Positions 32,059-42,728 are shown, counted from the first letter of the stretch. The stretch: DNA of 64,000 nt from Dehalococcoidia bacterium (GCA_965237635.1 CBDEFX010000002.1:729829-793828); one strand, 5' to 3'. The notes: generated from the sequence alone by a model not told the origin. Translations and numbers: made by a program.

Positions 32059-33762
32059 CCCGAATCCACCGAAGGACGGCCTTGGGGACAGCCCTTGAAG
32101 AAGCCAGCGGGTGCTCCTCTGAATCTGGGATAATGGTTTTGGAACAGAAACCCGCCCGGAAACAAGGAGCACCCAATAGATGCTGCCACAGAACAAACCC
32201 GACCGTATCCGCATCCTCTTTGACGACCATCGCCTGGTGGCCAATGCCGGCCTGCTCCTGCCGGCCACCCTAGCCCGGCACCTGGGCCTGCGAGAACTCG
32301 TCGACCATCACCTTGACCTGGGCGGCGCGCCGGGACGGGCGAACACTGGGGACAAGATGCTGACGCTGGTCGCTTCCGCGCTGGCAGGCGGCGACTGCAT
32401 CGACGACGCCGATGCGCTGCGCGCTGGTGGGACGGTCGGTGTTCTAGGCTGCGTGGTCAAGGCGCCATCCACCCTGGGGACCTTCCTGCGCAGCTTCCGG
32501 TGGGGGCATGTCCGTCAACTCGACCGCGTGAGCCGCCAGTTGTTGGCCCGGGCCTGGGCCGCTGGGGCCGGACCCGGCGACTCGCCCCTGACCATCGACC
32601 TGGACTCGACCATCTGCGAGACCTATGGACTGGCCAAGGAGGGAGCGCGCCACCACGGCTATACCGGCGCCCGCGGCTATCACCCGCTGCTGGCCATTGC
32701 CGCCGGCACCGGCGAGGTGCTGATGTCCCGGCTGCGCGAGGGCCGGGCCAACACCGCCCGTGGCGCCGCCCACTTCTTGCGTGAGACGGTGGGGCGGGTG
32801 CGCTACGGCGGGGCCAGGGGACAACTCACGGTGCGGGCCGACAGCGGCTTCTACGCCCACACTGTCGTTGCCGCCTGCCGGGAAATGGATGTCCGCTTCT
32901 CTATCACCATCCGCCAGCACGCCAGCCTGCGGGACCTGATCGAGGCGATACCAGAGGAGGACTGGACTCCCATTCCCTACTGGATGGACGGCGCCGCCGA
33001 TGTTGCCGAGACGACTTACACCCCGTTCCAGACCAAGCCGGACGCCGCGCCGGTGCGGCTCATTGTCCGGCGGGTGAAGCCGACGCCCGGTTCCCAGCTC
33101 GCCCTCTTCGCCAGATACAGCTATCACGCCTTCATCACCGACCGCGATGGGGAGACGCTGGAACTGGAGGCCGATCATCGCCGCCACGCCGAGGTCGAAA
33201 ACGCCATACGCGACCTCAAGTACGGCGTCGGGCTGAACCACATGCCGTCGGCGCGCTTCGCCGCCAACGGCGCCTGGCTGGCGGTCCAGGTGATGGCGCA
33301 TAACCTCGCCCGCTGGACGGCGCGGATTGGTCTGGGCGAGCGGACCGTGATCACCAAGACCCTCAGGCGGCGGGTCTTCGCTCTGGTGGGACGGATCACC
33401 CGCTCGGCGCGCCGCCTCACTTTGCATCTCCCCCGGCGCTGGCCTTGGGAAACCCAGTTCAGTCGCGCCTTGGCCCGGCTGCAAGCCATTCCGTTCCCGG
33501 CCTGACGGCCAGCCTGCAACTGACTCAACGTCCCCGCAATCTCGCGCCACCCCGGTCGCGAGAGTCCCCTGCTGCGTATCCTCTCGCCATTCCCGCGCAT
33601 CGCAACTCCTGCATAGGGCCTTAGGGGCCCTGTGCGGCGACTGAAGACCGTCCGCCAGCCTCCCATCTACCCCAACCCCAGGCCATCTCCCCTGTAGCTC
33701 CCTCACCCACCCCCTTCCGCTGTCCTCACGCCGTCCATCGGTGTCCTTCGGTGGATTCGGGC
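32059..33762 (+). mobile_element. IS1380-family element (diverged variant B), TSD TAAT
   Basis: Same TIR as variant A; flanking TAAT duplication. Confidence 0.92.
32180..33505 (+). CDS. IS1380-family transposase (441 aa, variant B)
   Basis: Same motifs as variant A with many substitutions. Confidence 0.93.
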   Translation: MLPQNKPDRIRILFDDHRLVANAGLLLPATLARHLGLRELVDHHLDLGGAPGRANTGDKMLTLVASALAGGDCIDDADALRAGGTVGVLGCVVKAPSTLGTFLRSFRWGHVRQLDRVSRQLLARAWAAGAGPGDSPLTIDLDSTICETYGLAKEGARHHGYTGARGYHPLLAIAAGTGEVLMSRLREGRANTARGAAHFLRETVGRVRYGGARGQLTVRADSGFYAHTVVAACREMDVRFSITIRQHASLRDLIEAIPEEDWTPIPYWMDGAADVAETTYTPFQTKPDAAPVRLIVRRVKPTPGSQLALFARYSYHAFITDRDGETLELEADHRRHAEVENAIRDLKYGVGLNHMPSARFAANGAWLAVQVMAHNLARWTARIGLGERTVITKTLRRRVFALVGRITRSARRLTLHLPRRWPWETQFSRALARLQAIPFPA

Positions 33763-33956
33763 TAATACTACAGTGACCGAAACTACTGCCAGCGTCCACC
33801 AGCGCATCCGGTGAATGCGCGACTGCGCCAGTTCCTGGGTGGTGATGCCGTCCATGATTGACTCCTTTCGGTGCTCTTGACTCCTTACCCTATTCCCGTT
33901 TCTCTCTGCTGTTCTCATCTGACTTTCCCTTTTCTCAACGATTTCATCTGGTGGAC

Positions 33957-33973
33957 TGACTGGCCGTCAGTCA
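33957..33973. promoter_or_regulatory. putative TetR operator upstream of the MFS gene
   Basis: TGACTG-N5-CAGTCA; same motif at 34638-34654. Confidence 0.75.
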
Positions 33974-33991
33974 CTAAGATACAAAAGCCTC

Positions 33992-34600
33992 TCATCCGGT
34001 TCTTCGTCTGAGCGCATTCAGAAGCAAGGCGGAAACGCCTTGCTCAAGCCGGTCCGACTCTTCCCCCTCACCAAAAACAAAGGCCTCGATCATGGCATGC
34101 TGAAGCAAGCCGGTTGCCAGCCGAGCCGCGATCTCCGGGTCCATCGCCTCCATCTCTCCCGCGTCCACCGCATCCCTGAAGAGATCCGTAATAGCTCTCA
34201 GGAACGAGGCGTGCTCCGGTGACTCGCTGTGCATCTCCGGGTGTGTCTCGTCAGCTCCTATGAACGCCAGTCTGAAGAGGTCAGCGTTCCTTCGAGCTAC
34301 CTTGAAGCCTGCTGCGATCAGCGATTGGAGCCGGTCCTTAAAAGACGTGTGCGATTTCACAGCGGTGGCCGCTGCCTGGGCCATAGCTTCCATGAGCCCG
34401 TCGCGCAGCGATACGGCGGCGTCCCTCTTCGACGGGTAGTAGAGGTAGAAAGTCCCTTTGGCCACCCCAGCCTCACGCACTATCTCAGAGACACTCGCTC
34501 CATCGTACCCCTTTGCGCGAAACACCTTTCGAGCTGCTCTGAGTAGCTGTGCCCTTCGCACTGGTTCGCTTTCGGTCCTTCTTGCCCTGGTCGCACTCAC
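33992..34600 (-). CDS. TetR/AcrR-family regulator
   Basis: LLRAARKVF..KGY...SVSEIVREAGVAKGTFYLYYPSK. Confidence 0.93.
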   Translation of the reverse strand: MSATRARRTESEPVRRAQLLRAARKVFRAKGYDGASVSEIVREAGVAKGTFYLYYPSKRDAAVSLRDGLMEAMAQAAATAVKSHTSFKDRLQSLIAAGFKVARRNADLFRLAFIGADETHPEMHSESPEHASFLRAITDLFRDAVDAGEMEAMDPEIAARLATGLLQHAMIEAFVFGEGEESDRLEQGVSALLLNALRRRTG

Positions 34601-34633
34601 CGCGCTCTCCTCTTATTCGTTGCCGCATTCACT

Positions 34634-34662
34634 ATTATGACTGAGGGTCAGTCAGTTGTCAA
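34634..34662 (-). promoter_or_regulatory. tetR promoter with operator in the spacer
   Basis: TTGACA-17 nt-CATAAT overlapping TGACTG-N5-CAGTCA. Confidence 0.8.
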
Positions 34663-34848
34663 GGGGGGGGCTCGATTCGCCAGGATATCGTTCCGTTCGT
34701 GAGGGATTGAATCTGCTGCGAGGAGGCCTTGAACTTTCCTAGTTTGCGCAGATTACAAGATTCTCGGGTACCCAGTCTCCACTTACTTAGAACGCCACGC
34801 CCAGCGAGTTAAGGGCGCACAGAAGCTTTTGGAACTTTTTAAGTAGGT

Positions 34849-34876
34849 GGAGCTCGACGCTCCCCCGTCTCCACCA
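34849..34876 (+). repeat. att-like duplication of the ssrA 3' end
   Basis: GGAGCTCGACGCTCCCCCGTCTCCACCA vs GGAGTTCGACCCTCCCCCGTCTCCACCA (26/28). Confidence 0.9.
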
Positions 34877-35253
34877 CGAACACGATACGAACATGCACCT
34901 CAGGACGACGCACGGCCTTCGGCCTAGGTGTAGCTGCCTGTGCGAAGGGCGCGGAATCGCAGTGCAAGCGGCACTGAAAGGGCGAATAGGCTGGCCAGGA
35001 TGGCAAGGCTCCAAATTGATAGGCTTGGGACCGGTCGGCGTTTGTATACAGCCGGGGAGTAGTCCACTCAGCGACACGTAATTACACCCTACGGAACGCC
35101 ACGCCATTGCCCCGACGGGGCTTCTACAGTTATAGTAGTTATGCATCGAGGCGAACATTCCGGTCGCTGTACAAGCTGCACGGCGGCCTACCAGAAGACG
35201 TATCATCGGGCTGAGAGTGTAACTTGGCTCAATGGAGTCAAGGAGTACTCTCA

Positions 35254-36609
35254 GTGAATTTCGACGAATTCAACCTCGACCGACGTTTGCTTGCCGGCAT
35301 CGAGGGCGCAGGCTACAGTACCCCAACGCCTATCCAGGAGCAGGCTATCCCCGTCGCCCTCAAAGGGGGTGACGTTCTGGGGCTGGCGCAGACCGGGACC
35401 GGCAAGACCGCCGGCTTCATGCTCCCGATTCTCCAGCGGCTGATCACAGGCCCCCTGGGACCGGTGCGTGCTCTGATCGTCGCTCCAACCCGCGAGCTTG
35501 CGGACCAGATCTATCACGCGGCCGTCGATTTGGGGAGGCATACCAAGATCCGCAGCGTCGCCATCTATGGTGGCGTGGGCAAGGAGCGGCAGGTCGTGGC
35601 GTTGAATCGCGGTGCTGAGATTGTTGTCGCTTGTCCCGGCCGCCTGCTGGACCACGTTAACGACGGCAGTATCGATCTTGCCAGGGTCGAGGTGCTGGTG
35701 CTGGACGAGGCCGATACCATGTGCGACATGGGCTTCCTGCCTGATATCCGCCGCATCCTCACCCACGTTCCGGAACAGCGTCAGACGTTGTTCTTCGCCG
35801 CCACCATGCCTGACGAAATCCGGGCCCTGTCCAGTGACATTCTCGATGACCCGACCACCGTGCAGATAGGCATTATCGAGCCAGCGAAGACAGTCTCTCA
35901 CGCCCTCTATCCGGCGACGGACACTCTCAAGACGAAGATGCTGCTGAATATGCTGCGACAGATGGCAATGGGACGGGTGATGATTTTCACCCGCACCAAG
36001 CACCGCGCGCGCAGGTTGGCCGCAGACCTTGAGAATGCCAGGTATCGCGTGGCCGCGTTGCAGGGCAATATGTCTCAGAACCGCCGGCTGCAGGCCATCA
36101 ACGGGTTTCGCGACGGTAAGTACGACATACTGGTGTCGACCGATCTAGCCTCACGAGGCATCGACGTGTCGGAGGTCTCACACGTGATCAACTTCGACAT
36201 GCCTAACACGGTCGACGCCTACATCCATCGCATTGGGCGCACCGGCCGGATGGAACAGAGGGGCGAAGCCTTCACGTTCACTCTGCCAGAGGATGAGGTG
36301 CTGGTGCGCCAGATCGAAGCGGTGCTAGGAGCGCGGATTGAAAGACGACGCCTGCCTAATTTCGACTACGGCAGCTTAACAGCGGAGGTCGAGCCGTCCA
36401 GGAGCCGCCGCCAGTCCCAACGAAACGCCCCGCGTCATCGCTATGATGAGCAGGCTCAGAGGAACCCGAAACGCCGTCAAAGGCCAAATGCGCGGCCGGT
36501 TGCCGAATCGACCCAGCCACGAAAGGGCAATCATAACAACCCAAACGGCGCTCGCAGGCGGCGTCCCGGCTGGCGGGATCCCGCTCCGGCAGCACATCGC
36601 GCTAGGTAG
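35254..36609 (+). CDS. rhlE: DEAD-box RNA helicase (RhlE-like)
   Basis: PTPIQ, AQTGTGKT, PTREL, DEAD, AAT (variant motif III), RGID, HRIGRTGR, basic tail; AAGGAG before GTG. Confidence 0.9.
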   Translation: MNFDEFNLDRRLLAGIEGAGYSTPTPIQEQAIPVALKGGDVLGLAQTGTGKTAGFMLPILQRLITGPLGPVRALIVAPTRELADQIYHAAVDLGRHTKIRSVAIYGGVGKERQVVALNRGAEIVVACPGRLLDHVNDGSIDLARVEVLVLDEADTMCDMGFLPDIRRILTHVPEQRQTLFFAATMPDEIRALSSDILDDPTTVQIGIIEPAKTVSHALYPATDTLKTKMLLNMLRQMAMGRVMIFTRTKHRARRLAADLENARYRVAALQGNMSQNRRLQAINGFRDGKYDILVSTDLASRGIDVSEVSHVINFDMPNTVDAYIHRIGRTGRMEQRGEAFTFTLPEDEVLVRQIEAVLGARIERRRLPNFDYGSLTAEVEPSRSRRQSQRNAPRHRYDEQAQRNPKRRQRPNARPVAESTQPRKGNHNNPNGARRRRPGWRDPAPAAHRAR

Positions 36610-36880
36610 CCGTCGATAAGTCTTCCCCAAGCGACCCTCGGCGACTATGCAGCGAGTCTCCTTCGTGTCTACGTACACCTCATCCAGCATGGCCCGAGCC
36701 CGACCAGATTTCAGGCCTGAAAATACCCAACGCGGCAGAAACGTGTTACACTAGTTGTGACTCCGCTATCAAGAGGCAAAATCGTTCCGCTTCTGCGTTT
36801 CTCCAGCTTTGTTCTCTTAGCTCTCGTCTCGCATGCGACGCTGCCGTTGATGAGGAGATCCAACACACAAGGAGCGTTGC

Positions 36881-37180
36881 ATGAACATTTACGTAGGCAA
36901 CCTTTCGTTTGACGAGACCGAGACCAGTTTGCAGGCAGCCTTCGCCGCCCATGGCGAGGTGACCTCTGCCAGAATCATCACGGACCGCGAAACGGGCAGG
37001 TCCCGTGGATTCGGGTTTGTGGAGATGGGAGACGAAGCGCAAGCCCGGGCCGCCATAGCCGCACTGAACGGCACCAGCTTGAACGGCCGCGACCTGACAG
37101 TGAACGAGGCCCGACCGAAAGAGGACCGGGGCGGTTCTGGAGGGGGCTTTGGCGGCGGCGGTGGTGGCGGCCGCTGGTAA
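36881..37180 (+). CDS. RRM RNA-binding protein with Gly-rich tail
   Basis: IYVGNL (RNP2) and RGFGFVEM (RNP1). Confidence 0.95.
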   Translation: MNIYVGNLSFDETETSLQAAFAAHGEVTSARIITDRETGRSRGFGFVEMGDEAQARAAIAALNGTSLNGRDLTVNEARPKEDRGGSGGGFGGGGGGGRW

Positions 37181-37265
37181 GCTAGCACCTCATCAAGACC
37201 GGCCACTTCTCTCTCCAGTTAGAAGCGGAGCCCATGAGCGGGCGGCCAGGTCCGCAGCACCAAAC

Positions 37266-37307
37266 ACAAGGCAGACGCGGTTCGAGATCGCGTCTGCCTT
37301 GTTATTT
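37266..37307 (+). terminator. intrinsic terminator after the RRM gene
   Basis: ACAAGGCAGACGCG...CGCGTCTGCCTTGT followed by TATTT. Confidence 0.65.
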
Positions 37308-37755
37308 CCGCCCGTTAGTTCAGGCTCTAGGCGGAGTCGTTGACGACCCGGACGTAGAAGGGTCTTGTTGACGCCTACGATGTGCGAGGCGTGCTCTGAA
37401 TGAATGCTCGGACTGCACGGTCGAATGTTCTTCGGTGATGTGACTGACCTCGGCGGCTCTGCTCGCGCTGGCGGTGATAGATTAAGCAGCGTGCCGCGGG
37501 CTCGGGGCTCCACGGACTCGACGATTGCTCAGTAGCGCCAACCCTGCGAGCAACCTAGAGTGGTGTCCTGGATACGCCTTAACCCTCGATTTCGGGGTTC
37601 CTAAACCGGCCGTTCTGGAACGACCGATCTTGACCTTCGGTTGGCTACGCTCCAATGGGGGCTCCCGTTCGGAGATAGCTGACGCGGCGGGAGTCCACCT
37701 TTTGAAATGACCGCGTAGAGCCCGTTCTCAAGAATTCTGGAACGTTCTGGTTTAG

Positions 37756-37825
37756 CCCTCCCCCGTCTGCGCCAGGTTACAAAAAGAGGCCTCAGCAATT
37801 GTCTGCCGAAGCCTCTTGTATCTAA
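37756..37825 (+). repeat. degenerate 70-bp copy of the ssrA 3' end plus downstream hairpin
   Basis: 59/70 identical to 21509-21578 without gaps; second mini-copy CGTCTCCA at 37859. Confidence 0.85.
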
Positions 37826-38010
37826 GACCCGTTATGGGACCCTTATGGCCGAGGCCGTCGTCTCCATCCCAGCAACGCGCCAGCCTACCCCCGCTTTATA
37901 CGTGAGGTCTCCGTCAGGAGAGACCTATTCCACCAACCCTTCCTGCAACCAGGTTATATAGAAAAGCTCCAATAGCTCCTGCTACAAGTCCAAACGTGGC
38001 AAATATGCTT

Positions 38011-39992
38011 GATTTATTCGTAAAAACCCCTCGCCAGCCTGGGGCAAGGTGGGGATAATGTAATAAAAGGTCGTGGGCGCTGAGCCTGGCCGAGGGAGGG
38101 GAGGATGTTCCGAATACGAGACCCGCAAGAGAGCCTCTGGCAGTCCCAGTTCCTGGTGACGCCGAAGAAGGCTAAGCGCCTGGAGAGAAGTTGGGCCGAG
38201 GTTTTCCGAAACGAGGCGCTCCCCCTGATTGACGAGGAGCGCTTTGCTCCCATGTACTGCGTGGACAACGGCCGTCCCAACCGGGCGGTGCAGACCGTCC
38301 TCGGGGTCCACCTCCTCAAAGAGATGTTCAACCTCACCGACGATGAAGCTCTGGAACAACTAGAGTTCAACCTGCTCTGGCACCACGCCCTGCGGCTAGA
38401 CATCGAGGAGACCCACCTGCCCCAGAAGACCCTCCACAACTTCCGAGTTCGCCTGATGCAGCACGACGGTGGCCGGCTGGCTTTCCAGGAGACCACGGAC
38501 CGGATCATCCAGGCGCTGGGCATACGCACCGGAAAGCAACGGCTGGACTCCACCCACATCATGAGCAACATCGCCACACTCACCCGGCTGGGCCTGTTCT
38601 GTGAGACGATGCGGTTGTTCCTGCGGGCCTTGCGCTGGGGGCACCCAGAGCTTCGCCCTGGGGTTCCGGAGGGCCTCCTAGGGCGCTATTTGAAGGAAGA
38701 AGACGAGGCGACCCACTACGAGGACGCCCGCACGGGGGAGGGTCGGCGACGCCTTTCGGTCTGTGCCCGGGACCTCTACCGGCTGGTGGACCGGTTCCAT
38801 GGCACGACTGCTGCCCAGCTGGAGGAGTACCGGCTGCTGGAGCGGCTGCTGCGGGAGCAGTGCCATGTGGGCAAACACCAGGACGGGCGACCCAGGGACG
38901 ATGACGACGATGCTGGGGAATGCAAGGTGCCCGTGGCCTTGAAGGACCCGAAGCAGGTGTCCGCCGACTCGCTGCAATCGCCCCACGACCCGGATGTGAC
39001 CTACAGCGGCCATAAGGGGAAGGGGTACGAGGTGCAGGTGGCGGAGACCTGCCACGAGGAGAACGCCACCCAGCTCATCACCCACGTGGAGGTGACCCCC
39101 TCGAGTGGGAGCGACACCGACGTGAGTGTGCCGGTCGTTGACGGGCTCGCGGAGCGGAAGGTCCGACCGGACGAGCTCTTCGCCGACACGGCGTATGGGT
39201 CGGGCCGCAATGCCTTCGAAGCCTCGCGCCGGGGAACGGAACTGGTGAGCCCGGTGGCGGGGTCGGCGCCGGGGAACTCGCACGAAGGAGAGGGTGACGG
39301 ACCACCGCCGCTCACCGCCGCGGACTTTCAGATCGACGTCACAGGGGAGCAGGCCACGGTGTGCCCCGCCGGCCACCCGTCCATCGAGGAGTACGAGCTG
39401 AAGGATGCGCCGGAGCGGGTAGAGGTCCACTTTGCCGGGACAACATGCGAGCCCTGCCCCTTGCGATCCCGTTGCCCAGTGAAGCTGGACCGGCGTGCGG
39501 GGGCCTACGTCCTCAAGGCGGACCTGGTGAAGGTGAACATCGAGCGGCGCCGGAGGGCCGAGGCCACCGAGGAGTGGCGCAAGCGGTATGACATAAGGGC
39601 CGGGATCGAGGGAACGAACTCCGAGCTGAAGCGCGCCCACGGGCTTGGGCGCTTGCGGGTGCGAGGGGGCCGTCGGGTGCGGCTTGCCGTCTACCTGAAG
39701 GCGTTGGCGTGCAACTTCAAGCGGATGGTCCATGCACGCCTGGTGGAGATGGAGAACACGGCTCAGCGGGCGGTCGGGACGGTACCTGCGGTCGCGGCCG
39801 CATGAGGGCGCCGCTCCACAACTTCCACCGGGTGCCCTGAGCCACGGAATGGGTACCGCAACGGGATCACGCTTGTCCTGAGCGCAGCAGATAGGGCGGT
39901 GAGGCCAGCAGCCGGCATCCCGTGGCCTCCTCCCTTCCAGGCCCCTTCGCACGCCAGGGCTCATCTCAAACAGGCCTTGTTACGAGGGAATC
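38011..39992 (+). mobile_element. IS1182-like element with 6-bp TSD ATGCTT
   Basis: TIRs GATTTATTCGTAA / TTACGAGGGAATC; TSD at 38005-38010 and 39993-39998. Confidence 0.9.
38105..39805 (+). CDS. DDE transposase (DUF772 N-terminus, IS1182-like), 566 aa
   Basis: NGRP, RLDSTH, SPHDPD, KGYEVQ, ADTAY, CPAGH..CEPCP, RAGIEGTNSELKR. Confidence 0.9.
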   Translation: MFRIRDPQESLWQSQFLVTPKKAKRLERSWAEVFRNEALPLIDEERFAPMYCVDNGRPNRAVQTVLGVHLLKEMFNLTDDEALEQLEFNLLWHHALRLDIEETHLPQKTLHNFRVRLMQHDGGRLAFQETTDRIIQALGIRTGKQRLDSTHIMSNIATLTRLGLFCETMRLFLRALRWGHPELRPGVPEGLLGRYLKEEDEATHYEDARTGEGRRRLSVCARDLYRLVDRFHGTTAAQLEEYRLLERLLREQCHVGKHQDGRPRDDDDDAGECKVPVALKDPKQVSADSLQSPHDPDVTYSGHKGKGYEVQVAETCHEENATQLITHVEVTPSSGSDTDVSVPVVDGLAERKVRPDELFADTAYGSGRNAFEASRRGTELVSPVAGSAPGNSHEGEGDGPPPLTAADFQIDVTGEQATVCPAGHPSIEEYELKDAPERVEVHFAGTTCEPCPLRSRCPVKLDRRAGAYVLKADLVKVNIERRRRAEATEEWRKRYDIRAGIEGTNSELKRAHGLGRLRVRGGRRVRLAVYLKALACNFKRMVHARLVEMENTAQRAVGTVPAVAAA

Positions 39993-40614
39993 ATGCTTGG
40001 CATGGCGATGAGTGCCAAAAATGCGAGTGCTGTACCCCAGCCTACTCCCGGCGTCGACGCGGAGGTGATCCACCCGTTACTTACGAGTATGTCAATCGTA
40101 GCTCCACCAAATGAATACAGGATCCCGGCAACCAAACCTACAAGTGCCATTAAACCAGCCAGCAGTTTTGCTGAGGAGAGCACTCCAATTTTTCTTGATC
40201 TTGCCACTATTCGTTCACTTTCCTCCGTTTCGTCCATCCTGTTTGACTCAGCTATTCATTAGGGTTCCTGCTCCGCACCGTCGGGCGCCTGTGCTTTGAG
40301 CCTGGCCCTTCTCATCCGTTCGCTCTCGCCACATAGCTCTCAAACGCCTCCTTGCCGCCTCCCGACAACGTGAGCCATAAGCTGGGCGCCAGTAGCAAGA
40401 TCGGGACCAACAACCCGACTAAAGGGACGAGGACAATCGACGATATGATCAAAAAGGGGCGCGCTACCGGGTTGCGCCGCAGAAGTCCCAGTCCGCTGAC
40501 TGTGCAAATGGCTCCGATCACGAGAAACACTAGGGCGACGATCCACCATGCATCTCCACTTTCGAATAGCCCCAAAGCACTTTGGCCCTGGAGACGGGGG
40601 AGGAGGTCACTTAA

Positions 40615-42335
40615 CCCGAATCCACCGAAGGAGGGCGTCGGGTTAGCGTCCTGAGGCGGCAAGAAGGTGCTCCTGTGCTTCTGGGATAATGGTTTTGTAG
40701 CAAAAAAACGGCCCCGGAAAAGGAGCACCCAGTAGATGCTGCCACGCAACCACCCCGACCGGATCCAAATCACCTTCGACGACCGCCGCTTGGTGGCCAA
40801 TGCCGGGCTGCTCCTTCCGGCCACCCTGGCGCGGCACCTCGGCCTGCCCGAACTCGTCCGGCAGCGCCTCGACCTGGGCGATGCCCCGGGGCGGGCGAAC
40901 ACGAGCGACAAGATGATGACGCTGGTGGCGTCTGCGCTGGCTGGGGGCGACTGCATTGACGACGCCGATGTGTTGCGCACCGGGGGGACGGCCTGCACCC
41001 TGGGCGGCACGGTCAAGGCGCCATCCACCCTGGGCACCTTCCTGCGCAGCTTCCGGCGGGGCCACGTCCGTCAACTCGACCGGGTGAGCCGCGAGTTGCT
41101 GGCCCGGGCTTGGCAGGCCGGGGCGGGACCCGGCGACGGGCCCCTGACCATTGACCTGGACTCCACCATCTGCGAGACCTACGGACTGGCCAAGGAGGGC
41201 GCCCGCCACCACGGCTATACCGGCAAGCGGGGCTACCACCCGCTGCCGGCCATCGCCGCCGGCACCGGAGACGTGCTGATGTCCCGGCTGCGCGAGGGCC
41301 GGGCCAACACCGCCCGCGGCGCCGCCCACTTCCTGCGGGAGACGGTGGGACGGGTGCGCTACGCCGGGGCCGACGGACGACTCACGCTACGGGCCGACAG
41401 CGGGTTCTACACTCATGGCGTGGTATCCGTCTGCCGCAAGATGGATGTCCGCTTCTCCATCACCATCCGCCAGCACAAAAGCCTGCACAATCTCATCGAG
41501 GCGATACCCGAAGATGCCTGGACGCCGATTCCTTACTGGATGGACGGTGCCGCCGATGTGGCCGAGACCACCTGCACCCCCTTTCAGGCCTAGGCGGACG
41601 CCGCGCCGGTACGGCTCATCGTCCGGCGGGTGAAGCCGACGCCCGGTTCCCAACTGGCCCTCTTCGCCAAATACAGCTATCATGGCTTCATCACCGACCG
41701 GGACGGGGAGTTGCTCGAACTGGAGGCTGACCATTGCCGCCACGCCGAGATCGAGAATGCCATACGCGACCTCAAGTACGGCGTCGGGCTGAACCATCTC
41801 CCCTCGGGCCGCTTCGCCGCCAACGGCGCCTGGCTGGCCGTCCAGACGATGGCCCACAACCTGGCCCGCTGGACGGCGCGGATCGGTCTGGGAGAGCGGA
41901 TAGCCACTACCAAGACCCTCCGGCGGCGGTTCTTCTCCCTGGCCGGACGGCTCACCCGCTCGGCACGCCGGTTGACCCTGCATCTTCCGGATCGCTGGCC
42001 TTGGGCTGAGAAGTTCAGCCGCGCCTTGGCCCGGCTGCGAGCCATTCCACTCCCGGCCTGACGGCACCGTCGGCGACCGACCCACCCACCGGACAACCGA
42101 AGATCCCCGCAGACTCGTGCCAGCCCGGTCCGAGAGAGTTCCCTGCTGCGTATTCTCTCGCCATCCCGCGCATCGCAGCTCCCGCAGACGGCCATAGGGG
42201 CCCCCTGTGCGGCGATGAAGACCGTCCGCCGACCTCCCTACCCCAAATGGAACCCAGGCTATTTCCCCTGTAGCTCCCTCACCCCCCTTCCGCTTTCCTC
42301 ACGCCGTCCATCGGTGTCCTTCGGTGGATTCGGGC
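40615..42335 (+). mobile_element. IS1380-family element (variant A), TSD TTAA
   Basis: TIRs and flanking TTAA duplication. Confidence 0.92.
40736..42061 (+). pseudogene. IS1380 transposase with nonsense mutation
   Basis: GAG>TAG at 41591-41593 relative to sister copies. Confidence 0.9.
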
Positions 42336-42728
42336 TTAATACTAGAGCAAAGAAGAGGGCTCCGACCCCAAGCCATGTAGCACCGAGGATCTTGATATTG
42401 CGATTCTTGGTCCCAAGCATTCTTAGTCACCTCCCAGTAGTTGACAATGAGGTTATGCGGTCTCGGAGGATGCTGGTGAGGTGCTAATGTACTAATCCAA
42501 CGATGACGGATGTACTATGTTGACCTACTACGGCAAGGCCACTCGCGGCCCTGAAGCGTTATGTCGAAATTGGCAAGCCCTTGCCGATGCCGTCCCCGGC
42601 TGATTATGCAGGAGCGGCCTACTCCAAAAGGTAGAGGGTAGGTCGTCAAGACCTACCCTCAGAGGTGGTCTCGTTTGTCTGAACAGCGCTGCCCGGTTTG
42701 ATAAGTGGAATCGCGCTGCCGTGCGTTA

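Larger units (their letters stand above)
31134..33855 (-). pseudogene. DHA2 (EmrB/QacA) MFS transporter split by IS1380 and 3'-truncated
   Basis: Removing the IS restores VTVVLATIDETILNVAIPSL; GDRFGR, WGSVFLVNVP; ends after RRFGTT. Confidence 0.88.
37914..40237 (-). pseudogene. small membrane protein (DUF3566-like) split by an IS
   Basis: Removing the IS gives ..LIAMPSIFATFGLVAGAIGAFLYNLVAGRVGGIGLS; N-terminal KIGVLSSAK. Confidence 0.7.
40312..42420 (-). pseudogene. membrane protein split by IS1380
   Basis: GGAGG before ATG 42420; reconstructed ..GALFFALVLSDLLPRLQG.. with several TM segments. Confidence 0.65.

Noticed and set aside
31050-32189. 379-aa MFS ORF as an intact gene
   Set aside because: Start lies in the IS1380 end and stop in satellite DNA
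25639-33799. Recurrent antisense ORFs (171-451 aa) in IS1380 copies
   Set aside because: They recur because the IS is duplicated; composition is typical of GC-rich shadow frames
34849-34876. tRNA gene ending in CCA
   Set aside because: Only T-arm and 3' acceptor strand of ssrA are present; no 5' half
42500-42640. Possible SRPBCC C-terminal remnant (LAALKRYVEIGKP)
   Set aside because: Too short to support a call
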